DNA of 64,000 nt from contig JBECUI020000024.1 in assembly GCA_040954595.2 (NCBI GenBank), forward strand, positions 558,001 through 622,000, read 5' to 3'. Source of the stretch: Balanoglossus misakiensis (lineage: Eukaryota; Animalia; Hemichordata). Shown here one piece after another: positions 1-11,100 of the stretch. Under the pieces are notes generated by a model. That model ran no database searches, had not been told where the DNA came from, and saw nothing but the letters and a program-made list of their open reading frames with translations. Made by a program: the position numbers and the translations under genes. The stretch's first letter is position 1, and the number at the start of each line of letters is the position of its first letter.

Positions 1-376
1 CCAGCGCCCTCTATATTCTGGAAACCCTGGTATATCTCAAGAAACATTACCATTTTTAATTATTTTTAAAAGCAAAAGTAAGTTGTCATTTTATTTGTAC
101 AATTATTTCTCTATATTAAACAAGTATACATAAACACTAAAACATGTTTTGCCATGTTAACATAAATTTATGACCATTTTAAAATACTATATAGCTTATA
201 TTTATTAAAGTACAAATTCAGATGTTTTTCATTTTTAACCATTTCCACAATCAAAATGAAAAAAAAATCGCATTAATAGTAGATTGGGTTATATTGGATA
301 TCATTATGTAAAACTGAAGAGTCACTATGGCATGGAAACTACTGAGATATGTGGTAGAAAACCAAAATGCCCAACA

Positions 377-698
377 AATATACACAGTGTGTGTTGTGTG
401 TTAGATAGGTACATACATACATACATACATACATACATACATACATACATACATACATACATACATACATACATACATACATACATACATACATACATAC
501 ATACATACATACATACATACATACATACATACATACATACATACATACATACATACATGCATGCATGCATGCATGCATGCATGCATGCATGCATGCATGC
601 ATGCATGCATGCATACATACATACATACATACATACATACATACATACATACATACATACGTACATACATACATACATACGTACATACATACATACAT
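377..698. repeat. (TACA)n/(TGCA)n compound microsatellite with ~33-bp unique flank
   Basis: Pure TACA run 410-698 with a central TGCA block. The flank aatatacacagtgtgtgttgtgtgttagatagg recurs inverted at 2724-2757. The YIHT/MHAC ORFs here are repeat artefacts. Confidence 0.95.
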
Positions 699-733
699 GG
701 AAAACACACAGCAAATGGACTCCTTTTTTATCA

Positions 734-804
734 TCCTCACCAGGAATCGAACCAGGATCTCTTATCACAAAGTGACAAGTGTGTTAACCATTACACCATG
801 AGGA
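734..804 (-). pseudogene. tRNA-like sequence (tRNA pseudogene or SINE head)
   Basis: Minus strand reads TCCTCATGGTGTAATGGTTAACAC...GGTTCGATTCCTGGTGAGGA: A box, B box, acceptor stem TCCTCAT/GTGAGGA, D stem GTGT/ACAC. Anticodon arm is non-canonical and the T stem has a mismatch. Confidence 0.7.
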
Positions 805-1024
805 TTGTTTTATCTCCACTAACTGCCAACACACTGTCCAATTGCACATTCACTCACTGACATATTCAACACACCAGTTTTTTTATTTCAATAAAAATTC
901 ATAAATGCATGTGAGAAATAACAGAGAGTCAGAAATTGGCATCCACAGGAGTTACTGCATTGCTATATGGTATTATAGAGCAGCCAATGCAGTCTAACAC
1001 TTTTATTAGCTTATTAAAGGCAGA

Positions 1025-1317
1025 AAGTCTCTTTGCTGCCCTTTTTTAATAATTATGTGTGATACAAGAGACTGTTAATGTGGATATATAGTGAATCAAC
1101 GTTCGACCACACACAGCTTCCATCCCGTTTGTAGGATATGACAGTAAAAACTCGCCCAAAATGAATAAATGGTAAAGACCAATTATTCATTTTGGCAAGA
1201 TTTTTCACTCTCGTGTCTACAAGCAGTGTGTGTTGTTGAATGTTGATTCACTATATATCCACATGTACATTAACATAAATGGTGTCTTGCATCAAACATA
1301 ATTAATGGAAAAGGGTC
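1025..1317. mobile_element. Palindromic non-autonomous repeat (MITE-like); partial copies at ~16051-16200 and ~18372-18500
   Basis: atgtggatatatagtgaatcaacgttcgaccacacaca (~1078-1116) is mirrored by tgtgtgttgttgaatgttgattcactatatatccacat (~1227-1264). The same left half recurs twice in introns downstream. Confidence 0.75.
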
Positions 1318-2569
1318 CCTTTAATTTATATACTTATCAAATTGTAAGCTAACCAATATGGTTAGAAGTCTGATTTGCTAGGACGTGAACCAATATGATC
1401 TATCAAAATTTTCTGGTAAAAGTTTGAGTAACTATAACGTGTGCTTTCACCTTTTTTCATCATGTTGCTTGGGCCCTGACAATGCTGCTTTATAGCTACT
1501 ACAGGATTAGATTACTTCCATTTGGCAGTAGCATATAAGTGTAATGGTGTAGAAAGTTTATCCTGTTTACTGAAAGAGGAATTGCAAGAGAAACCATGTG
1601 TTATAAAAAAAACTAGAAGATATTAAATAGCCTTAGTAAACATTTCCCAGAAACATTTCAATGAACAGTTACCATAATGTACTTTACATTAGAGTCAGAG
1701 GTGACTAAAAGGCTAATATTGTCATTTGTGAAATGTACACAATTGTATTTATATTGTCGGTGAACTGTTTAGCTGTGTTGTCAGTTATGTTGAGCTTATT
1801 AGATTGGGTGATTGTCTTATTGGGTGAGTGGTGTCACTGTCTGTCACTTTTCTTTACTGAAACCAAGGGGCCAATTACTTTGAAATTTAGTATGCAGGTT
1901 CCTAGGGTGAAGTTGGTAGAGTTTATGTAAATTGTGGTGAAATGTGTAATTTTTGATCAATTTTAGTTGTGTTTAGTTAAATTCTTTGTACAATTACTTT
2001 GAAATTTAGTGTGTAGGTCCTTGGGGTTGATTTTACTGGAATTTGCTCAATTTGTGACAGAATGTGGAATATGTTATTTCGGAAGCAATTGCTTGTTTGG
2101 TCTTTTTTATTTCATAAACCAGATACTGTGATTGTTTTTTCTGTTCTTTTTTGTATGTGTGTCTATTTTCACAATTGAAATAAATTAATATAAGGCTATA
2201 TAAAATAAATTGGAGTTTTATGCTTTTTGTGTAAGTATGAATGTATGTATGTGTGTAAGAAGATTGATATTGTTTGTATGGTTGATATCAGATATCATAT
2301 GTCTTATAGTGAGAAAGAAACCACTACACAATTCCTAGTAGTATTTGTGGTAATATATCTGTTTTGAGAATATAGCCCATTAGTATATTGTAGTCTTTGT
2401 ACAACTTTTCTTCAAAATGTGTTATATGAACAAATAAAATATGGCAAGAAGATGAATTGTTTCGAAGAATGAATCATAATAAACAGTAGAATTTGGTCAA
2501 TTTTTGTTCAGGCATAAAGAAATAGCTTGTACATGAGCTTGCACGATGGTATTTGGTCAATACAGGGCG

Positions 2570-2757
2570 CATGCATGTATGTATGTATGTATGTATGTAT
2601 GTATGTATGTATGTATGTATGTATGTATGTATCTATGTATGCATGTATGTATGTATGTATGTATGTATGTATGTATGTATGTATGTATGTATGTATGTAT
2701 GTATGTATGTATGTATGTATGTACCTATCTAACACACAACACACACTGTGTATATTT
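2570..2757. repeat. (TGTA)n microsatellite plus flank, inverted copy of 377-698
   Basis: gtatgtacctatctaacacacaacacacactgtgtatatt is the exact reverse complement of 377-416. Confidence 0.92.
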
Positions 2758-3910
2758 AATTCCACAATGCTTGATACTAAAACTGTCCACAAAAAAACAT
2801 TTGTTTATAACCCCTAAGTGCTTGTCTTCCACACTTACCTTCTCTTGGCATTTTTTTCCACAGATGATGCAATACTGCTCGTCTCTTCATCCTGGTCTCT
2901 TGCGCTCCCCTTTTTACTCTCCCTGAATGCTGACAACACGTACCGTCTCATTGTTCAGTGGATATGCCTTGCTGTCATCTGCATCTGCTCCCTCAGTACC
3001 CCCTTCTCCCTGGCACAATCATCCAAATACTATCGCAGAGGGCGCTATACTATATGACGATCAACACAATATCATTCAGATAATCTTTGCACAGTGGGTA
3101 AATTAAGCATTTGGTTTTTCACGAGACTTTCATCAGTTGTACTAAAATGAAATGTGTCTACACTATACAAATGACAATGGCCTTCTAATTCAGAGACGTT
3201 GGGAAGGACTAGTGAGCACATACAGCAAATCAGAAGGCCCAAAATGGCAAAGTTGCATGATTACTAATGGGAAACAAAGAATACACAGGGTATATTTAAT
3301 TCCACAGAGTGCTTGATACTAAAATTATTGCTGTTTTACAATTGTGGCATTTACTGCTGATAATAAGGTTACCATAGATACAATTGGAATGGAACCGGAC
3401 AGGGATAAACATATAAAGGCTAGGTTAACCCCCACCCCCTACCACAGAGGGCGCTATACCGATCATCAAGTCAGTACCATTGAAATAAATCTGTGCAGAG
3501 TGGGTAAATTAGGCATTTGGTTCTTCAGATTTTCATAAGTTGCACTAAAATGCTATGTGGCCCACTACAAGGACAAATAAGTCAAAAATGGCAAATTTGA
3601 TATTTACTTTGAGGTTGACATGGGGCAAAGGAGACAATACAAGAACACTGAAACTCAATTAGTGAAACACTAAAGTTGTACATGTACTTTATTTCTCTAA
3701 CAAACTTAGAGAAAATTTACATGGCCATCTTTTTACTCAGAGAACTGATGTTGAAAAGAAAACAATGTTACATCATAAAATTGAAATCCTACATGTCACT
3801 AATTTCTGATTTTCACAAATGTTCATAAAAAAAACTGTTCTCTGCAAACCTTACCCCCCCCCCCCTCCTATTGTCGGTGCTTCTAATGTAACTCTCAATT
3901 TTTCCCTAAG

Positions 3911-4232
3911 GTGTTAAAAGAACCAAATGGTGATGATATGGTAGAAGGGATATTTGAGGGAATAGACATAGATGAGTAAGTATTAACTGCAGTACTTGCT
4001 TCCACCAATTTCCTATCATTTTGTGTACATGTTCACGTCTCTGTGTCTTACCAATCACATTCTGTCCTTTTTATTTTTTTTCTAGAAGTGGCATCTTCTG
4101 TGTCAGACGGCAAATACTTACAGTGTCCCACCTTATGCCAGACCTTGGGTACAGAGGAGGCCATATTAGAAAACCTGCCAATGCATGTACACTACTCTAT
4201 CAATCAAGAAATGCAACAGTCACAAAGATTGA
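3911..4232 (+). pseudogene. Two exon-like segments (3911-3975, 4086-4232) of an unidentified, probably degenerate gene
   Basis: Polypyrimidine-AG acceptors and GTAAGT donors. First exon reads VLKEPNGDDMVEGIFEGIDIDE. The protein-like reading of the second (DGKYLQCPTLCQTLGTEEAILENLPMHVHY) is out of phase with it. Confidence 0.35.
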
Positions 4233-5070
4233 GTAAGTTAACTAAACCAAAGCAATCTCCACCCTGCAACTTCCCCAGCACTTACTATCTGCATGCAAGT
4301 TGTGAACTTTTAATTTAGTATTCATTACAGAAACATTTCAGTCCTACAATTCACATGCATCTTATTTTCGTCAACACCAACTTATACAAAATATGATTTA
4401 ACCATCTTGTTCTCATTTCTCTCCAATGTACAGAAAGCAGTAGCCTGGATGGATTTACAGAGAGAGAGGCTAGTACACGGCACTCATGTGGACATGCACT
4501 ACCACATATCATATCTCAACGGGACTTCGGTTGTCGCTGTAGTATTTAACCCAAGTTTAACTGTGACACCCACGTCCATACATGGCAAGGTTTTCTCTCC
4601 CAAAAGTTTCAGTTTGGCATCCCAGTTACCATCAGTTGCGCTTTCTCCATGCCTTCTAAGTTGAATGCGATTTACCATCACCGGATTCATACTGTGGTGC
4701 AAAGACAATTAAAAACATCGATTGTAAGTCATTTAGTAGTGATACCATTGTTACCAAACCTCGTTTTAAAATACATGTAATCTGTACTCGAAACTATCAT
4801 TTTTTCTTTCTTTCTAGAATATGACTTGTGAGCGAGTGCCGCGTTTAAATTGATACTGAGAATAAACACCGCTAATCGACTATAAAATCAACGTATTTTC
4901 AAATGCAAGTGAACGCATGGAGGCGGCCATATTGAATTTAGGTTACATCCCAAGACATTCCGACTGGGCTTCAGGTGGATTCGGGAAAGGTCTCTAAAAC
5001 ATATTCGGTCATCCAGTTTTGTATACTAAATTTCTAAAAATGTAGGACATGGGAGGTTAACATACCCACA

Positions 5071-5451
5071 ATGACTACACACAAAAAAGGGCCCAGGCGT
5101 TTCGGGGTGCGATTGTTACATACCTTAGCTCCATCATCTGCAACCAGCCAAGGCATGGCTGTGAAATTGCGCGTCATGGAGGATGTCGAGATCCGGAATT
5201 CCGCCAACGGGAAACTGTTTAGCGTGCCTTGTATGCAGCACGATGGCAACGTTCTGGAACTTAAATTCTGGAAAGAAAATCCGAAGTGGCTGAACAGATT
5301 ACAGAAGGGAGAATACGTACAGCTCCGCAACTTTTCCACTGGAAGAGATAATACCATTTGCCTCTATGATAGAGCAAAGGCCGGGGATGCCATTACGCCG
5401 TTAAACCTGAAATATAGATTGAGAGTGGATATTGCTTTACACAATTTTTGA
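5071..5451 (+). CDS. Small ORF resembling an RPA1-type OB-fold (ssDNA-binding) domain
   Basis: VKLRVMEDVEIRNSANGKLFSVPCMQHDGNVLELKFW...LQKGEYVQLRNF resembles by eye the RPA70 DBD-A pattern (IRTW..GKLFS....D..GEI...F). GC/CpG-rich relative to flanks. Confidence 0.4.
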   Translation: MTTHKKGPRRFGVRLLHTLAPSSATSQGMAVKLRVMEDVEIRNSANGKLFSVPCMQHDGNVLELKFWKENPKWLNRLQKGEYVQLRNFSTGRDNTICLYDRAKAGDAITPLNLKYRLRVDIALHNF

Positions 5452-5699
5452 ACATTGAAGTAAAGTATTAGAATGATGGAGTCCGATAGAAAAAGTGAGT
5501 TGGTAATTTCGGCATCCGACTTCGTTATTAAAATGGAAAGATTTGCGATTTGAGATTCGGTTACCATTTGGAAGTTTGAAAGGAAATATTTCATTCAAGT
5601 ACAGTGGCAACTACTGGATTATGGAGAATATTTGAAATGTTGATGAACGGAGATTAGAATCAATGAAAACCTACCTTTATTGGTGTTACGGTTACTACA

Positions 5700-7695
5700 C
5701 CTGACAGACCGCTGGTCTGCGTCCGTTCGATTTTGAGCTCCTAGCTCTTGTGGAGACATGCGGAGGTACAGCGGGTTTATTGTTTTTTTGTAAAACCATA
5801 GTTAAACTCCAAAAATCTTCTTCTCCAGAACGAGCGATGACTGAGTCGCAAGATTCGGGGAGTATGGTCACTACACTGATGTCTATCAAGTTTGCAAAGA
5901 GCATTGTGATTGGTCGAAGATTATGGCGGCCATATTGGATTTTGTAAAAAACAGAGAAAAATTGAAATTCCTTTTTCTAGTCCAAAAATTGATAGCATAC
6001 AAATTCTTTTTATGGATATCAATCGTCATGTGACTAAAATATATAACAATTTTTTGGCGATTTTTCACATGACCTTTGACCTAATTATCACGCGTTATTA
6101 TTTCTGCATATCTAATTCCAGGCTAACCTATAGGGCTAGAGGTTTGGTTTTTGATGAATGTGGATTAGTGTGTGATCAAAATATTTTGCTACTTTTCATG
6201 ACCCCTTTGACCTCTGCTGACCTCATTAATTATGCACATACCTAATTACAGGCGAACCAATAGAGCTAGAGTTTTGGTTTTTGTTGGACATGGCCCACTC
6301 TGGGGTCAAAAGTATGGGTAAAAAAAAATTGCCCAAATGTTGGGTGACCTCAGGTGACCTTTGACCTACTTCACCCTATTTCAGCAGCAAAAATACACAC
6401 ATCCTTGTTATGTCATGAGATAATACATCCGATAGAAAATTCTGTTTCTTCTCATTCATACTGTGCATATATAATTCAAGATCAGCGCTTGGGCCCAACA
6501 ATGCTGCTCGCAGCTTTAATTCTTCTTCTTCTTCTTCTTCTTCCGAGAAATTCGGCCAGGTAGATCTTGAAAACCGCTGCACCTTGGGGGCTGAAACTTG
6601 GTAGGGTGATAGGGGCCAATGAGTAGACGTGCAGTGGCTCGTGAATATTTAATTAGTCACGTGACCTGGCGGCCATATTGCATTTCCTGACAATCGTTAA
6701 ACGAGTCCTTCTCAAAAACTACTGGGCCGATCGAGTTCAAATTTGGTGTGCAGGTAGCCTACCTTCTGTCCATCATTTTGCTACAATTGTTTTTCTGAAA
6801 AACTACTTAAAACTTTAAAAATCTTCTTCTCCAGAACCAGCGATTGCCGAGTCACAGGATTCGGGGTATGTGGTCACCTAACCTATGTTTATCAAGTTTG
6901 CGAAGCGCACTGTGATTGGTCGATCATTATGGCGGCCATGTTGGATTTTCGGAAAACCATTGAAAAATGAAAATTCTGTTTTGTAGCCAAAATGTTGACA
7001 GCACGTAAATTCTTTTTTTTGGATATGAGTCATCATATGACCGGAAGTTGTTACAATTTTTCGGGGCAATTTTGACATGACCTTTGACCCAGTTTTAAAA
7101 CAACTAATTATATATGCATATCCCCATACCTCCTCTTGTAAAAGCACCACAGTCATGAATTTTGTGGACATGGGTACCAATGCTGCCAGGACATGACACA
7201 ACTATTTTGGTAATTTTGGCAATGACCCTTGACCTATTTCTGAAACATCATTTTTCTGCATATCTAATTCCAGGCTAACCAATAGGGCTAGAGGTCTGGT
7301 TTTAGTTGGACATGGCCCACTCTGGGGTCAAAATTTTATGCCCAAATTTTGGGTGACCTTGGATGACCTTTGATCTAATTTCCCATATCTCAGCATCCAC
7401 AGCAGTTAGAGTCCTGGCTTTTGGAGGGCCGATGGAGCAGATATGGAGTCTTACACAAGACCTCATTAATTATGCACATACCTAATTCTAGGCGAACCAA
7501 TAGAGCTAGGTGTTTGGTTTTTGTTGGACCTAGACTAGTATGGGGTCTGATTTTTTTGCCCAAATTTGGGGTGACCTCAGGTGACCTTTGACCTACTTTC
7601 CAATATCTTGGTATCCACAGCAGATACAGCCTTGGCATTTGCTTGTTACCATGGGAACCGCTTGTGCCCCGCCAACGCTGCTTGCAAGTTTAATT
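5700..7695 (+). mobile_element. Two tandem diverged copies of a non-autonomous Helentron/DINE-1-like repeat
   Basis: ~5811-6380 aligns with ~6817-7610. Shared 3' ends cttgggcccaacaatgctgctcgcagctttaatt (~6488-6521) and cttgtgccccgccaacgctgcttgcaagtttaatt (~7661-7695) carry a short hairpin. (CTT)n near the start of the second copy. Confidence 0.6.
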
Positions 7696-7932
7696 GTATT
7701 TTGCATTTTCTCACGGTGGCGACCATATTCCTTTGCGGCGAAGATTTATTATTTGTCTGGTTTAAACTTGCATATGCACTCATACTTAGGGTTCATAATA
7801 CTTGTACATAGTTCAGTGCATACTTCTGTATGGGCTAAAGGTGGTGCAGTTTGAAAAAAGTGTGATAATTTCCCAAAAGTACCAGCTGATGCACCGATTT
7901 ATGTCTAATCTCTGTTTTGAATTTCTTGGCAG

Positions 7933-8133
7933 CTTAACCCAAGTTGATAGTACCCTTCTTGTCCTGGACAGAAGTCTATCTGTCAGTACAAATGGTGTAA
8001 CCGTATCAGTTGATGACAACTCGTGGCATAATGTTGTCATGGTAATTGAAGAAGGCATTGTGGCAGTTTACTTGAATGGTGTTGCAGTAACATCACCCCT
8101 TCCATCCTGGACAGGTATCGCTGACTCAGAAAA
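7933..8133 (+). CDS. Exon: pentraxin/LamG domain, part 1
   Basis: ttggcag|...VDDNSWHNVVMVIEEGIVAVYLNGV...aa|gtaagt. Confidence 0.85.
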
Positions 8134-11100
8134 GTAAGTTGCTAGTGGAACTCCGAACATTTTTAACTCCTACAAAGCCATAGAAAATTGTCATCATCAC
8201 ATGTTAAAATTCTATATTTTCCTATACTGTCAAGTTTTCCCAAGCCTCAAGAGAAGTGAACCATTTATTTGTGAAGCAGTTATCTTGTTTATAACTTATC
8301 TGCTAGGTAGCTTGTCTTACTCCTACATGACAATACAATATCATCATAACATGTTGCGACTTACAACAAAACTGGCCAAAAAAATCAAGGGAGCAAACTA
8401 TGGACATCAGCAAAGCTATCTTCGTGGCACTTTCAAATTCAAACTTATGCGGAACGATACTGATTTTCACAGTTTATTTTTGACAACTTCTTACCAGCAC
8501 TTTTAATGAATTCATTATTCTCTTGTTTTTCAACAGCTGTATGGTAATTCTTGGTCAAAGCTATGACGAAAATGGACTCCTTGACAACTATTTTAGCTTC
8601 CATGGTGATGTTACACAGATGAATGTATACGATTATGTATTGACTCCTGTTGAAATCCAGAGTCTGGCTTTGAACTGTTCACAAAGTCCACTTGGCAATC
8701 ATGTCATGTGGGTTGAAATGGATCAAGAGTTATTGGGTAGTGTGGTCAAAATCCAGCCATCAGCTTGTGGAAGTACCAGGTGCCCAATTGGTTACTCTGG
8801 TTCACCATGCACACCTGTTGGTAAATAGCCTTATCATATGCTCATGCTGATATCACCTCCTCCTAGTGACGTTTAACGTGAATATCACCACGTTTAGTGT
8901 GAAATATCACCGGTGATATTTCACACTAAACGTCATCATTTTTTGCGCTTATACCCGGAACTATGTTCATGAAAATGGCGACCTTAAAATGTAAACAAAC
9001 ATAACCCGATACAGGGCCCGGTTTCATGAGATTTGACATACCGGTAGTCAACATCGAAATTCATGGGGTTCTGATGGCCACGGACATGTCTTATAAATAA
9101 AGGATTTATCTTGGTGATTGATTTGGAAAACAAACGATTATTAGTTACACACGTAGAAAAAATATGACAACGTCACGTCAACACTGTGCGTCACGCGCGC
9201 GAGCAGTTGTCCAGGTGACCGGTCTGTTTACGTTCATTACGGTCGTTTACCAAATAAAGATAACCCGAAAATTTTCACAATTATACCTTCTTCAGACTTT
9301 TTTTTGTAGTTTTCAGTAAAATAAACAACTACATTTTTTATGGTTACGTTTTAAAAACAATTCAACACTAAAATGAAAACCCGGTCAATAAAAAGTGGAT
9401 GCCTACGGCAAAATTTACTCACTTCCTAAATAGACATCGCAATGGAAGCATTCAATGACCCGGAGATGCAGGAAATTTTCCAACTTGCTGAGTTATTGTG
9501 TCAAGATGAAACTGATACTGCTGTACCCGAACAAAATCAGCAACAACAGCAAAATCAAAATCGGTATGTGGAATTTAATGATGGCGATTTGGACGACTTT
9601 GTGGACCAGCAAAAAAAGAAGAATACCGTAAGGAGTACGAACACGGCAGTGAAGCAGTTTCAGGAATGGTTGTCGAGTATGCGCCCAACAGAAACTCGTC
9701 GTATAGTTGATATGCCACCCCAAGATCTGGATAGCCACCTTGCTGCATATTTTGTTGGAGCCAGGCAGAAAAATGGTGAGCAGTATGAACCCGATACTTT
9801 GACGAGCTATCAGCGGGGAATCGAGCGTTATCTGCAGGACAACGGTTACCCGGTCTCCATCATCCGTGACAATGAATTCCAACGCTCCCGAAAATGCCTC
9901 TCAGCAAAAAGAGTTGAACTAAAAAAACAGGGACGGGGAAATAAGCCACAAGCTGCCGAAGTGCTTACAGATGAAGAAGAACAACTTTTAATTGAACGAG
10001 GATTTGTCGGTCGATCGACTCCCGAAGCGTTGTTCAACGCAGTTTAGATGAACAACACCAAGATGTTGGGCTTTCGCGGTGGCCAAGAAAACCGGGAATT
10101 GAAATGGGGGGATATCAAGCTCAAAAAGACGGCCGACCACAAAGAATATATCGAATTCAATGAAAGGGAGACTAAGACCAGATTTGGACAGGCTGGTGCA
10201 AAACCACGACCCTTCAACCCCAAAATCTTCGCAACTCCCGAGAAGCCAGACACATGTCCCATAGCCACATACAAGGAGTTCGCTAATCGTCGCCCCGTTG
10301 AGATGAATACCCCAGACAGCCCCTTCTACTTGGCAATCAATTATTCGCCCTCATCAACCATATGGTTTAAGAAATCCCCTATGGGAAAGAATAAGTTGGC
10401 AACAGTCATCCAAAGTATGAGCGATAAAGCAGGCATCAGAGGGAAAAAAACCAATCACAGCATGAGAAAAACAGCCATCACGAAATTGCTGCATGCAGGC
10501 ATTCCACCGACCCAAGTACAACAGTTATCGGGCCACAGTCAGCTGCAGTCGGTCAACAACTACGCCACCGCCTCGCTCAGGCAGCAGGAAGAGATGTCAA
10601 ACATCCTCGCTCCAGGTTCATCCAAACAAGTCGAAAATCGCGCAATTTCTAGTTCCGTCAGTTCAAACACGTGTCAGATGGAAGCGGCGACAACGGGTGG
10701 TATATTTAGCGACGCAGTTATATATGGCAGCTCGTTTAATATCTATGTTTCAAACGCGACGTCGACGGGATCATCATCTATGACACAGACCCCACCACCG
10801 TACAAACGCCGCCGCCGTGCAGTCATTTATGACTCTCCGTCCTCATCAGAAAATTCCCAGGAATGATCAGACTTTGAGACTCTTTTTGAACTTTGAAATG
10901 AATAGCCTCTGGCTTTATTTGCAATTTAACTGATTTCAAACCGATTTTAAATTCATGACGTTCACTTGTTGTTGCACCCCCCAAAAAATGTGTTCGATTC
11001 AATTTTCAAACATTTTGTTGTTTTGCATGATAGAGAGCGGTTGACCTCCTTTGACAATTTACTATTTAAAAACATCTTTGACTTACCGATGTTGTCGTTT

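Noticed and set aside
734-804. Functional tRNA gene
   Set aside because: Anticodon arm is over-paired with no 7-nt loop, and the T stem is mismatched.
284-860. ORFs of YIHT/MHAC/CMYV repeats (also 2508-2926, 38039-38248)
   Set aside because: Translations of (TACA)n/(TGCA)n microsatellites.
3030-3570. CTCF-like cagagggcgcta sites
   Set aside because: They lie inside a locally duplicated repeat (3030-3170 / 3440-3570); no evidence of function.
9442-10866. Domesticated host gene (KCTD1/ZMYM/QRICH1) or phage integrase
   Set aside because: Intronless, catalytic residues retained, premature stop and Crypton-type terminal structures.
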